Below, piece by piece: positions 42,132 through 52,397 of a stretch of DNA of 64,000 nucleotides. The notes under the pieces are model-generated. The model did not search any database. It had not been told where the DNA came from and worked only from the letters and a program-made list of their open reading frames with translations. Position 1 is the first letter of the stretch, and each line of letters starts with the position of its first letter. The translations under genes and the position numbers were made by a program. Origin of the DNA: Acholeplasmataceae bacterium (GTDB lineage Bacteria > Bacillota_I > Bacilli_A > Acholeplasmatales > Acholeplasmataceae); NCBI GenBank assembly GCA_963675245.1, contig OY775910.1:288001-352000 (forward strand), read 5' to 3'.

Positions 42132-42289
42132 AAGATAACCCCTATTTTCTATAGATTTATGCTTTAATTAAATAGTAAAACATATAATTTGTCAATATTT
42201 GGGTAATATTTATATAAAAATTTACATATGTAAACGTTATTTTGTGCTCTGGCACATAATTTTAAACAAAACGCCCATCTAAATGGACG

Positions 42290-43564
42290 TTAAATTCTAT
42301 CTAATATAATAAGTGTTTCAATAGATGTTGTTTGTGGAAACATGCGAATTGGATAAGCATGTGTCACACGATATTGCTCTTTTAACATATTGATATCTCT
42401 TGCCAACGATTTGACATCACACGATAAATAAATGATGCGTTTAAATGACATATCCAATACTTGATCGATAAATCGTTTGAATAATCCATTACGAGGTGGA
42501 TCGACAATCAAGATATCTCCATCATAATTTTTTATCACATTTTCAGCGCGATCTTCAATCACTTCAATCCGTGACAAACGCTCTTTATCTATGATATCTT
42601 TCGCCATCGAAACATTTTCTTGATTTGATTCAATCATCGTTATTTTTTTGGTATTGTCATATACAGAATAACCAATTGATCCAATACCACTATATGCTTC
42701 AACAACTTCTAAGCCGTGATCAACATAACTCGCAATCACTTCATATACTTCTCGCATCATTGGCCAGTTCACCTGGAAGAAAGATCGATCATTAATCACG
42801 ACATCAAAAGATTTTAGTGCTTGTGTGATTTCATTTTCACCATAAAGGACAATGGATTCATCACTAAGAATGAGTCGATCATTTGTTTTTAGGTTTAACG
42901 TAATACCTACGACTTCTTTTTCTCTAGCCAACTTATCAACGAGTTTTTCTAATCCATCAACTTCTTTTTTAGTCGCAACAAACGTTATGAGTATTTGATT
43001 TTGTTCATTCGATCTAAATACGACATGTTTTAATACGCCTTCTTCAATAGGTACTGTAATACGATTAATTAAATTAACAAATCTGTTTGTAATTGAATCA
43101 GCGAGTATAAAGAGAGGTACTTGAACTAATGAATAATCTCGTTTATATAACCCTAACTTTAAAATTGGTTCTGGTAACACATGAAAGACAGATTTATTAC
43201 GATAATTAACAAATCGTTGATCGGTCAATGTTTTCGTAATCTCTAAATCAACATCTGCGATTTTCTTAAATGTATCTTTGGTTATTTTTTCTTGCCATTC
43301 AATTTGTTTTTCATGTTTAAGATGATAGAGTTCAATACTTCCTAATTCAGATGTATCGTGTGTTCGATCCTTACTGATTTTAAGAAGTTTTAAAATAGAT
43401 CCTTCACCGAAACTTTTATTTAATTTTTCAATGATAACTTCTGCACATTCACCAGGAAGTAACCCCGCTACAAATATGACATAACCTTCTGGCTTACACA
43501 CACCTTGACCTTTATAATCTAAATCAATAGCCGTTAGTTTGACCATATCACCAACAGTTAGCAT
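42290..43564 (-). CDS. rlmD: 23S rRNA m5U methyltransferase (RlmD/TrmA family, TRAM domain)
   Basis: YRNK, SFFQVN, YSGIGSIG, VDPPRNG, YLSC, MFPQT. Start MLTVG after AAGGAGG. Confidence 0.9.
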   Translation of the reverse strand: MLTVGDMVKLTAIDLDYKGQGVCKPEGYVIFVAGLLPGECAEVIIEKLNKSFGEGSILKLLKISKDRTHDTSELGSIELYHLKHEKQIEWQEKITKDTFKKIADVDLEITKTLTDQRFVNYRNKSVFHVLPEPILKLGLYKRDYSLVQVPLFILADSITNRFVNLINRITVPIEEGVLKHVVFRSNEQNQILITFVATKKEVDGLEKLVDKLAREKEVVGITLNLKTNDRLILSDESIVLYGENEITQALKSFDVVINDRSFFQVNWPMMREVYEVIASYVDHGLEVVEAYSGIGSIGYSVYDNTKKITMIESNQENVSMAKDIIDKERLSRIEVIEDRAENVIKNYDGDILIVDPPRNGLFKRFIDQVLDMSFKRIIYLSCDVKSLARDINMLKEQYRVTHAYPIRMFPQTTSIETLIILDRI

Positions 43565-44765
43565 CATTGTCATCCTCCTTATAGTGTCTTGCAAGTCCGC
43601 CTTGCGCGGTCTCTTTATATGCGGTATGCATATCAAGACCAGTTTGATACATTGTTTCAATGACTGTATCCAATGAAACCTTTCTAGAATCACTTAAAAA
43701 ATAAGCGAGTCCACATGCGTCTATCGCACGAAGTGCAGCAACCGCATTTCTTTCAATACAAGGTATTTGAACAAATCCATTGACTGGATCACATGTTAAT
43801 CCCAAGTGATGTTCCATCGCTATTTCAGCAGCGTATTCAACTTGTTCAACTGATAATTTAAAAAGGGTTGCGTGTGCGGCAGCAGCCATTGAACAAGCAC
43901 TACCAATCTCAGCTTGGCAACCGGCAACGGCACCACTAATCGATGCGTTATACTTAATTAAATTTCCAATTAATCCTGCAATAGCTAATGCCTTTATTAC
44001 TCTTTTTTCAGTGATAAACTGATGCTTTTCTTTCATGTAATATAACACCGATGGTAATACTCCACAAGCGCCACAAGTCGGTGCTGTAACAATTAAACCA
44101 CCACTCGCATTCTCTTCACTTACGGCGTAGGAATACGCACTAACAAGGCGATTTTCTGTTATTTCAGAAACTTCATTCTTGAGTTTTTTATTGTATAATT
44201 CGGGTGCTTTTCTTTTAAGTTTAAGTGGACCAGGTAGCGTTCCTTCTGTCGTTATACCACGATGAATAGCATCTTTCATTGATATCCAAATTCGCTTTAA
44301 AAAAACTTCAATATCGGGACCTTCAACCTCAACAACATAGTCATATAAACTGATACCTTTTTGTTTACAATATTGTTTAATTTTTTTAAATGTATGGTGT
44401 GGATAAATTTCTGGAATTTCATCGATTTCACCATCAAAAACAATACGTCCACCACCGACACTTGAGACACCTTTTTCAATTAACAATTGATCATCCTTAT
44501 ATACTTTTATCCATAAATAGTTAGGATGTTTTTCGAGATCGATGGTTGTTGAAAAAGTCACGTCGCAACCCGCGAGTGACTCCACAATAGCATCCTCTGT
44601 CAAGTGTCCTTTACCAGTCAATGCGAGTGAGTTAAAAAGCGTAATGTCAAAGCGATTCGCTTCAGGGTACGCAAACTTGATACGTTTGGTTGCCATAGCA
44701 GGTCCCATCGTATGGGAACTGCTTGGACCATAACCAATTTGGTAAAGATGTCTTATGGATTGCAT
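43548..44765 (-). CDS. sdaA: L-serine ammonia-lyase, Fe-S dependent (fused alpha/beta)
   Basis: GPSSSHT, SLALTGKGH, APTCGACG, GCQAEIG, GLTCDP..PCIERN. Confidence 0.96.
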   Translation of the reverse strand: MQSIRHLYQIGYGPSSSHTMGPAMATKRIKFAYPEANRFDITLFNSLALTGKGHLTEDAIVESLAGCDVTFSTTIDLEKHPNYLWIKVYKDDQLLIEKGVSSVGGGRIVFDGEIDEIPEIYPHHTFKKIKQYCKQKGISLYDYVVEVEGPDIEVFLKRIWISMKDAIHRGITTEGTLPGPLKLKRKAPELYNKKLKNEVSEITENRLVSAYSYAVSEENASGGLIVTAPTCGACGVLPSVLYYMKEKHQFITEKRVIKALAIAGLIGNLIKYNASISGAVAGCQAEIGSACSMAAAAHATLFKLSVEQVEYAAEIAMEHHLGLTCDPVNGFVQIPCIERNAVAALRAIDACGLAYFLSDSRKVSLDTVIETMYQTGLDMHTAYKETAQGGLARHYKEDDNDANCW

Positions 44766-44809
44766 GATATGACCTATAGAATAATAATGTTATCTCTTTC
44801 GTTATATGA

Positions 44810-46303
44810 TTATAAGTTGCTGAATTTCCTGATTAAGTAATCGACATAGTATTGTGGATCAAATGGTTTACCTGTCGCGATAACCATGACCTCTTCAGCC
44901 GATTTAGATGAAGCGAACTTATGAATATGTTCTTTTAACCATGCATTAATCAGTTCAATCTTATTACTTCTCACAGCTGTTTCAACATTGAAATCCTTAT
45001 TCATTGCGTCATAAATTTGAGCCGCACATGCGCTACCTAATGCATAGGTTGGAAAATAACCAATCGAACCATGCGCCCAGTGGATATCTTGTAACACACC
45101 TTCAGCATCATTCTTTGGTCTCTTACCGACATATTTACTATATAAGAAATTCCAACGTTTAGGTAGATCTTTCACTTTTAATTTACCACTAATAAGTGCT
45201 CTTTCAATTTCATATCTCACTAAGATATGAAGTGAATAAGTAAGTTCATCAGCTTCAATTCGAATGAGTGAACGTTTCGCTTCATTGATAAATTTATAGA
45301 AATCTAATACTGATACATTTTTCAACTGTTTAGGAAATAGTTCGACAAGTTTTGGATAATGGGTTTCCCAAAATGCATACGAACGACCAATCATGTTTTC
45401 AAACATACGGGATTGTGATTCATGAATGCCTAAAGTTGTACCACCATGAAGTGCTGTATCATCATATTTCTCATCATTTTGTTGTTCATAAATACCATGT
45501 CCCATTTCATGGATCACTGAGAATATTGATGATTTAATATCATCTTCATGATAATGGGTTGTGATTCTAGTATCTGTACTAGTGACACCTGACGTAAATG
45601 GGTGTGCACTTTCTTTTAATAACCCTTTTTCTTTATCGTAATGAAAAACATCCATTAAGTAATCAGCAAATGCTCTTTGCTTGTCAATAGGGAATGGTCC
45701 TTCTTTAAGTCTTTTTGGAAAACGAAGACTTGATTTCGTTACTTCTGCTACGAATGGTACAAGTTGTTCTTTAATCGTATTGAAGAACTTATCATAGGCG
45801 TCAACACCCATACCTTCTTCATAAAAGTCTAATAAAACATCATAACCTTTTAATTCATCAGTTTCTAAATATTTGACAAGTTTACGTTGGAAAGCAACTA
45901 CTTTTTCAAGTGTTGGAGCAAATGATTCAAAATCATTATTCTTCTTCGCATTTACCCAAACTGGTAGTGATGACTGAACAAGCATTTGATAAGCTAGGTA
46001 TTCATCCTTAGGTACCTTTTGAACAATACGTAAGCCTTTCTCCGCTTTTTTAATTTCAACTTTAAAATCAGGATCTTCAAGTTCATCTATATGACTATAT
46101 AGATATTCAATCGCTTCGATATATGCTGGATCCGCTTCTAAATTATAAGCTGCTTCAGCTAATACCCCAAATTGTTTATCTGCATATGCATAACCTTTGA
46201 TTGGTGCTTCGGTTTCCTTATCCCAACCCATCAGCCAAATCGCGTATTCATAAGCTTTTAGTTTTGCCAGTTGTTCCTTATACGTTTTAATATACTGTTC
46301 CAT
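44810..46303 (-). CDS. M32 carboxypeptidase (Taq-like)
   Basis: HPF, DTRIT, HEMGH (HEXXH), HESQS, IRIEADE, QDIHW, GYFPTY. Confidence 0.96.
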   Translation of the reverse strand: MEQYIKTYKEQLAKLKAYEYAIWLMGWDKETEAPIKGYAYADKQFGVLAEAAYNLEADPAYIEAIEYLYSHIDELEDPDFKVEIKKAEKGLRIVQKVPKDEYLAYQMLVQSSLPVWVNAKKNNDFESFAPTLEKVVAFQRKLVKYLETDELKGYDVLLDFYEEGMGVDAYDKFFNTIKEQLVPFVAEVTKSSLRFPKRLKEGPFPIDKQRAFADYLMDVFHYDKEKGLLKESAHPFTSGVTSTDTRITTHYHEDDIKSSIFSVIHEMGHGIYEQQNDEKYDDTALHGGTTLGIHESQSRMFENMIGRSYAFWETHYPKLVELFPKQLKNVSVLDFYKFINEAKRSLIRIEADELTYSLHILVRYEIERALISGKLKVKDLPKRWNFLYSKYVGKRPKNDAEGVLQDIHWAHGSIGYFPTYALGSACAAQIYDAMNKDFNVETAVRSNKIELINAWLKEHIHKFASSKSAEEVMVIATGKPFDPQYYVDYLIRKFSNL

Positions 46304-46669
46304 AATATCCCTTCTTTCTTAACATGATTATAGCATAGTTGTGTAGGCAAATCATTGATTATCTACATAAACTCTTCGTTAAATCAAAAATGGTGCCATA
46401 TCCAAATAACAAGGCACCATTTAAACTATAAGAATAAGATTTTATTGTAAATGTGTAATGCTATATATGTACATTACTGGAGTGTTGGCCTAATATGCAT
46501 ATTTATTAATTGTTGTTTTCCACCCCAGGATACTGAAACATTATTAATCTGATTTTATCACATATATCATGATTTGACTATCTCTTTTCAATTATATTTA
46601 AACATAAAAAAAGATGTTAGTGGTTTTTGTATCCACCAACATCTTATCATTTCAATTAACTGTGTGCTT

Positions 46670-47539
46670 CTATAAACTAAATGAAACATTCATTAAGTCC
46701 TCAGATTCATCCCAGAGACTCATCGCTAATTTTTCATCATAATAATTCGCAGCTCTTTTGGATGTACCAATTTTTCCAAATACTTCTAATAAACCAATGG
46801 GTCCATATAATGCACCACCTTCAATATGATTTGATAATGCCGCTTCAATCGTCGGTCTTGCACCTTCTTTAACAGAAGATAAAAATGGACCAATTACATA
46901 TTTAGCAAAAAATCTTATAAACGGGTTAGGTACGATATTTGTGTTCATCACCACACCAGGATGTGCAGCAATTGACAATATTCTTTTACCTGATGCTTTT
47001 AAACGTTTATCTAATTCCATCGCGAATAACAAATTGGCAAGTTTAGATTGGGCATATGAACCCATACGGTGATATGTCTTTTTTGATTGTAGATCATCTA
47101 ATTTAATCTTTCCATATCTGTAAGACATCGACGTCACTGTGACAATTCGAGACGCAAATGAATCAGGCATGATTGGTAATAATTGTTGTGTTAAGTAAAA
47201 ATGACCTAAATAGTTAACCCCAAACATACGTTCAAATCCATCTTCAGTCGTTTGATATTTTCCCCACAAGACTCCTGCATTATTAATTAAAATATCTAAA
47301 TGGTCATATTGTGACTTAAATGTTTTAATAAATTCATCAATCTCTTTTTTACTATTTAAGTCCAATTTAATAAATCTTAGTTTTAAGTTATCTTGAACAG
47401 ATAACATTTTTTCGATCGCTTTTGTTGCCCGGCTTTCATTTCTGCATGCTAAAACAACTTCTAATCCTTCTTGTGCCAGTACTAAAGCCGTTTCATAACC
47501 GATGCCACTATTCGCCCCCGTGACAACTGCTACTCTCAT
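46670..47539 (-). CDS. SDR oxidoreductase (retinol dehydrogenase-like)
   Basis: TGANSGIG, NNAG, YAQSK, HPG. Confidence 0.94.
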   Translation of the reverse strand: MRVAVVTGANSGIGYETALVLAQEGLEVVLACRNESRATKAIEKMLSVQDNLKLRFIKLDLNSKKEIDEFIKTFKSQYDHLDILINNAGVLWGKYQTTEDGFERMFGVNYLGHFYLTQQLLPIMPDSFASRIVTVTSMSYRYGKIKLDDLQSKKTYHRMGSYAQSKLANLLFAMELDKRLKASGKRILSIAAHPGVVMNTNIVPNPFIRFFAKYVIGPFLSSVKEGARPTIEAALSNHIEGGALYGPIGLLEVFGKIGTSKRAANYYDEKLAMSLWDESEDLMNVSFSL

Positions 47540-47542
47540 GCT

Positions 47543-48049
47543 CTATTTGTCGTCCTTTGGCATTTGTGCTTTTCCGACAACTTTGTCATCTTCAATTTTA
47601 ACAACATTCTTAACATAAGTGTCACTATCGAACGCCTTATATGTTGTTAGGAAACAAGCAATTTTAGCCACTTTATCGCCTACATTTAAATCAACATAAA
47701 TGACTGTGTCGCGATAAACATTTTCAATTTGAATGAGTGATTTATCATTTTTATCGCGTAATGCAACATTTTTTTTGATATAGCTTTGATTTTCTTGATC
47801 CATACGGACAAGAAGTTCCAATTGGTCATCAACTAAGAACCCTCTAACTGTTGCGGGTCTACCAATTAAATCAGCTGTACCTACTACTTCGTACAAGTAG
47901 GTTGCTTCTTGATATGCTTCTTGTATACTACCACTGAATTTGATGTTTTCAAATGCATCATTAACAATCTTGCTCGCTTTTCTTCCAAGTTCGTTAATTT
48001 TTTCAGTTGCATTATCAACCATTTTACGAATATCAGGTTTCTTATCCAT
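47543..48049 (-). CDS. Hypothetical protein
   Basis: 168-aa ORF co-oriented with and abutting the SDR gene. Confidence 0.75.
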   Translation of the reverse strand: MDKKPDIRKMVDNATEKINELGRKASKIVNDAFENIKFSGSIQEAYQEATYLYEVVGTADLIGRPATVRGFLVDDQLELLVRMDQENQSYIKKNVALRDKNDKSLIQIENVYRDTVIYVDLNVGDKVAKIACFLTTYKAFDSDTYVKNVVKIEDDKVVGKAQMPKDDK

Positions 48050-48141
48050 TGATTCTACCCCATTTCATTAGAATATCATGTTTTCATTCTTGTTGTTATC
48101 ACTCTTATTATACCATTATTTAGACATCTTTAATATCAACA

Positions 48142-49482
48142 CTAAACGACGAATAATAAAGTTGCGATTGAAAAATAGACCACAAGAGAAATAATATCAT
48201 TGATGGTTGTCATAAATGGACCAGACGCTGATGCAGGATCCACATTGAGTTTTGATAGTGTCATAGGGACAAGTGTTCCCATCACTGAAGAAATCGCCAT
48301 GACCGTCATTAATGCGATAAATACCGCTAAGGCGACTTTTAAAGGTTCAGCATTACCGATATGAAAAATATTTAAATAGATGGTGACATAAATAAATGCA
48401 ATGCCTGCGACCATCACGCTATTAATTAAACCAATAACTGCTTCTTTACCAAAATGACTAAAAGCATCTTTTCTGCTATCTAGTTCATGTTGATGTATTC
48501 CTAAAATGGTGACAGCTAACGCTTGTGTCCCGATATTACCAGCTTGTCCTAAAATCATTGGCTGGAATAAAATAAGTGCCGTTACAGCTTCTAAGGTTGC
48601 CCCATATCTTAATAGGATTGTAATGGTTAATAGATTTAATATGACACCAATAAATAGCCATGGTAGTCTTTTTCGAGAACGTTCAAATGCATTGGTCGTT
48701 GATTCATAATCGGTGATTTGTGCCATACGTTCATAATCATCTTCATAGTCTTCAACAATCTCATCGAAAATATCATCCGCAGTAATAATCCCTAATAATT
48801 TATTATCTCTTCCTAAAACAGGAAGGGCATGTTCATCATAATCTCTGACGCGAGAAATCGCTTCTTCAATCGTATCATCCGCATAAACGAATACAATGTT
48901 TTCATCCATGATTTGATGAAGTGACGTTGAAGGTCTTGCAATAATTAGATCTTTAATATCCAACATGCCTTGTAGTATATCATTGTCATCTGTGATATAA
49001 ATCGTATCAATATAATCTGCTTCTTTAGAACGAGCTACAATCTCGCTAGTCGCTTCTTTAATGGACATATTAACGTTTAATGCCATAAAGTCTGTGGTCA
49101 TGATAGACGCAGCTTCATCTTCTTCATAAGTCAATAATAATCTTATGGTCTTTGCTTTATACTTAGGTAATAGATTTAATAAATCACTTTGTCTATCAAT
49201 ATCATGATGCTCAACAAACTCTTTTAAATCATCACTTTCAAGTAAGTTGAGTAATTTCTTTTGACGACTATCAGCAAGCATTTCAAATAAATCAGATTGT
49301 TCGTCATATTCAAGTTCAACAAAGATATCTGCAAGTAAATCAATCGGACTGAGGATGGTAATACGTTTTTGATGTTCTTCATTTTCACGCTCAAAAACAC
49401 GTGCTATATCATAGGCATGCACATGGGTTAATGCTTTTTTTAAAGATTCATCATTATGTTTGAAATTTAATTTTTTAGCCAT
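48142..49482 (-). CDS. mgtE: MgtE-family divalent cation transporter (copy 2)
   Basis: MgtE_N and CBS pair, GNIGTQ, DPASASGPFMTTIND. Confidence 0.94.
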   Translation of the reverse strand: MAKKLNFKHNDESLKKALTHVHAYDIARVFERENEEHQKRITILSPIDLLADIFVELEYDEQSDLFEMLADSRQKKLLNLLESDDLKEFVEHHDIDRQSDLLNLLPKYKAKTIRLLLTYEEDEAASIMTTDFMALNVNMSIKEATSEIVARSKEADYIDTIYITDDNDILQGMLDIKDLIIARPSTSLHQIMDENIVFVYADDTIEEAISRVRDYDEHALPVLGRDNKLLGIITADDIFDEIVEDYEDDYERMAQITDYESTTNAFERSRKRLPWLFIGVILNLLTITILLRYGATLEAVTALILFQPMILGQAGNIGTQALAVTILGIHQHELDSRKDAFSHFGKEAVIGLINSVMVAGIAFIYVTIYLNIFHIGNAEPLKVALAVFIALMTVMAISSVMGTLVPMTLSKLNVDPASASGPFMTTINDIISLVVYFSIATLLFVV

Positions 49483-49491
49483 ATAACCCTC

Positions 49492-50802
49492 CTATAATAA
49501 CATGAGTGTCGATAAGCCAAAATAAACGAATACCGTGGTAATATCGATTAAAGTCGTGATTAAAGGACCGGATGCAACCGCTGGGTCCTGTTTAAACCAT
49601 TTTAAAATTGATGGAATTAATATCGCGATGACTGGTGCTAAAAATACGGTTGTAAATATAGACATGCTGACAATCATCGCCATCGTTAATGGCTCAAATT
49701 GAGACGTTAACGATGAGAATAAATATGTAATACCAAATGCGAGTGCACCAATCGCGATCCCATTTAATAAACCCGTTAAAACTTCTTTCATTAAACTTCT
49801 CGTTATACCCTTTTCATCCGTTTGGTACATCCTAAGCGTAACAGCTAATGTTTGCGTCGCGACATTACCAGCAGATCCGGAAATGAGTGGTTGAAAGATC
49901 ACGATAATCGCGATCGTTGTAATCACTTCTTGAAATAACGATGTGATTAAAGACACTGGGATAGACACTAGTAACAATAAAACAAGCCATGGTAACCGGT
50001 GCATCGCCATTTTAAAAGGGTGTGCTTGTATCGTATCTGGTAATCCAGCTAAACGTTCGAAGTCTTCTTGTGCTTCTTCTTCATAACGGTCTAACGCGTC
50101 ATCTAAAGTAATCATGCCTAATAATTTTTGATGTTCATCACAAACAGGCATTTCATAGGCATCATAGTTATTAATTGCTTGCACCGTCTTCATGATTGAA
50201 TCCGTATCAATCACATAAGGATAATCCTCAATTAAATCACCAATCGTTTGCGGTGGTTTAGATTTTAATAAATCCTTGAGTGTTACAATCCCTAAATATT
50301 TATTATCATCATCAACGACAAATATACGATTAATGGTTTCTACTTCAGGTGCTTCTTTAATCACTTGTTTCGTCGCTTTTTTAATATCTAAATCAGGTTT
50401 TAAGAAGATGATATGTGTTGTCATCGCTGAACCGGTCTCATCATCTTCATATTCAAAGAGAGTTTTCATGTCATCGATATTTTCAAGTGACGCTAATAAC
50501 TCTTCTTGATCTTCTTCTTCCAATTCTTGAATGAGGTCAACGGCGTCATCTGGTTCCATTTCCTCAATAACTTCTTTTTGTCTGGAAATATCAAAATCAG
50601 ATAACACTTCAACAGCATCTTCAGGCTCTAAGTAAGAAACAAGTTCAGCTAATTGCTCATTCGAAATAATATGATACAGTGTTTCTCTCTCTTCCTTTTC
50701 TAACGTTAAAAACGCTTGAGCTAAATCATACCCATGCGTTTCTTCTAAATAGAGTTGTAATGGTTTTTTCTTATTGTTTTTAATGAGTTCTTGTAACACC
50801 AT
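49492..50802 (-). CDS. mgtE: MgtE-family divalent cation transporter (copy 1)
   Basis: MEPDDAVD, CBS pair, RLPWL, GNVATQ, DPAVASGPLITTLID. Confidence 0.94.
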   Translation of the reverse strand: MVLQELIKNNKKKPLQLYLEETHGYDLAQAFLTLEKEERETLYHIISNEQLAELVSYLEPEDAVEVLSDFDISRQKEVIEEMEPDDAVDLIQELEEEDQEELLASLENIDDMKTLFEYEDDETGSAMTTHIIFLKPDLDIKKATKQVIKEAPEVETINRIFVVDDDNKYLGIVTLKDLLKSKPPQTIGDLIEDYPYVIDTDSIMKTVQAINNYDAYEMPVCDEHQKLLGMITLDDALDRYEEEAQEDFERLAGLPDTIQAHPFKMAMHRLPWLVLLLLVSIPVSLITSLFQEVITTIAIIVIFQPLISGSAGNVATQTLAVTLRMYQTDEKGITRSLMKEVLTGLLNGIAIGALAFGITYLFSSLTSQFEPLTMAMIVSMSIFTTVFLAPVIAILIPSILKWFKQDPAVASGPLITTLIDITTVFVYFGLSTLMLL

Positions 50803-50816
50803 ATCACCTCAATGGT

Positions 50817-51476
50817 TTAATCGATTTTCTTACCAAATATCATATGAGCAGTTTTTAGAGATAAAATAATAGATCTATGTCCTTCTTTGATATGCATTAA
50901 ACGATTAAACGCGTCTTTTCTTTCTACAAATATTTCTTGATTTAATTTTAAATGATTTTCATTTAAAAAGACAAGTAATTCTTTTTCATCAACGACACGG
51001 GTTAACTCAAAATGTTCACCTTCATTCACTTCTGCAAGTGATAATGTCGAAAATTCAGAGATATAACCTGATCTATCAGGTATAGGATTACCATGTTGAC
51101 AATATTTTGGATGATCTAAAAAATCATCTAATCGGTTGAGTAAGGCATCCGTGCTATTATGTTCTAATCGTTCAGCATCAGCATGAACATCTTCCCATGC
51201 AAACCCTAATTTCTCAGTTAAAAACACTTCCCATAAACGGTGTGCTCTTAACATTCTAACCGCTTCTTTCTGGCCTTTTTTAGTTAAAGATATACCATGA
51301 TAAGGTATAAAGGAAAGCAGTTTTTTTGATTCTAACTTCTTAACCATTTCATTAACACTTTGATCACTATAACCAAAATGTGTGACTAATTCACTTGTTT
51401 TAACGATGGGTTGTTTCTGCTGTACAGTAAGTTCATAAATAACTTTCATGTAATCTTCTTCTGCACGATTCATCAA
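50817..51476 (-). CDS. DtxR/MntR-family metal-dependent repressor (with FeoA/SH3-like C-terminal domain)
   Basis: EEDYMKVIY, SVNEMVKKL, RAHRLWEVFL, AERLEH, HGNPIP. Confidence 0.95.
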   Translation of the reverse strand: MMNRAEEDYMKVIYELTVQQKQPIVKTSELVTHFGYSDQSVNEMVKKLESKKLLSFIPYHGISLTKKGQKEAVRMLRAHRLWEVFLTEKLGFAWEDVHADAERLEHNSTDALLNRLDDFLDHPKYCQHGNPIPDRSGYISEFSTLSLAEVNEGEHFELTRVVDEKELLVFLNENHLKLNQEIFVERKDAFNRLMHIKEGHRSIILSLKTAHMIFGKKID

Positions 51477-51484
51477 ATCACCTC

Positions 51485-52312
51485 TTAACCTAATGCAACA
51501 TCTAACATCATCATGATAATAAAACCTACCATGACACCTAATACGGCATAATGCGCACCATGTTTAGATTGTTTTTGTTGTGCCTCTGGAATAAGTTCTT
51601 CAACTACAACATAAATCATCGCACCAGCAGCAAACGCTAAAGCATATGGTAATAATGATTGTATTCTTGTGACTAATATCGCACCCAATACACCTGCGAT
51701 TGGTTCTACTAAACCAGAAGCTTGTCCGTAAACAAATGCTTTTGTTCTGCTCATACCTTCTTGTCTTAAAGGAATGGAGACTGCTGCACCTTCTGGAAAG
51801 TTTTGAATACCAATACCTAAAGCGAGACCAATAGCACCTAATGTAGCTGCTAAGACATTACCACCAGTATAGTAGTTAATTGCCCCAAATGCAACACCCA
51901 CAGCTAAACCTTCGGGGATATTATGAAGCGTAATCGCGAACACTAAAAGAATCGTTCTTTTTAAGCGTGTCGGAATCCCTTCTTTTTCATGTTCTGGTCC
52001 AAAGTGCATATGGGGAATCGTTTTATCTGCGATATATAGAAAAATACCACCTAATGCAAAACCAATCGCAACAACAATCCAGGCAATCGCACCTTGACTA
52101 TCTGCCATTTCTATGGCTGGTGAAAGTAATGACCAAAAAGAGGCTGCAATCATCACCCCAGATGCAAATCCTAACATTAAATTAAATACATTTCTATCGA
52201 TTGTTTTAAAGAAGAATACGAGTGATGCACCAAGTGCTGTTACACCCCATGTGAATGTTGTTGCCATTAATGCTTGTATCCAAGTAGGCTGTGCCATAAA
52301 CCACTCAAACAT
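51485..52312 (-). CDS. ZIP-family (ZupT/GufA) metal transporter
   Basis: GVMIAASFWSLL, LHNIPEGLAVG, IQNFPEG, ELIPEA. Confidence 0.95.
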   Translation of the reverse strand: MFEWFMAQPTWIQALMATTFTWGVTALGASLVFFFKTIDRNVFNLMLGFASGVMIAASFWSLLSPAIEMADSQGAIAWIVVAIGFALGGIFLYIADKTIPHMHFGPEHEKEGIPTRLKRTILLVFAITLHNIPEGLAVGVAFGAINYYTGGNVLAATLGAIGLALGIGIQNFPEGAAVSIPLRQEGMSRTKAFVYGQASGLVEPIAGVLGAILVTRIQSLLPYALAFAAGAMIYVVVEELIPEAQQKQSKHGAHYAVLGVMVGFIIMMMLDVALG

Positions 52313-52330
52313 ATCATCAACTCCTTTATT

Positions 52331-52346
52331 TTAAGGCTTGCCTTAA
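52331..52346. promoter_or_regulatory. DtxR/MntR-type operator
   Basis: Perfect TTAAGGC-TT-GCCTTAA IR between a TTGACT-17-TATACT promoter (52357-52385) and the RBS of the ZIP gene. Confidence 0.75.
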
Positions 52347-52397
52347 TTCTATATTAAGTATAGCATAATAAATAAAATGAGTCAATAAAAAAGAGGC

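Noticed and set aside
43565..43693. N-terminal extension of the RlmD ORF
   Set aside because: It lies inside sdaA. The RBS and TRAM domain place the start at 43564.
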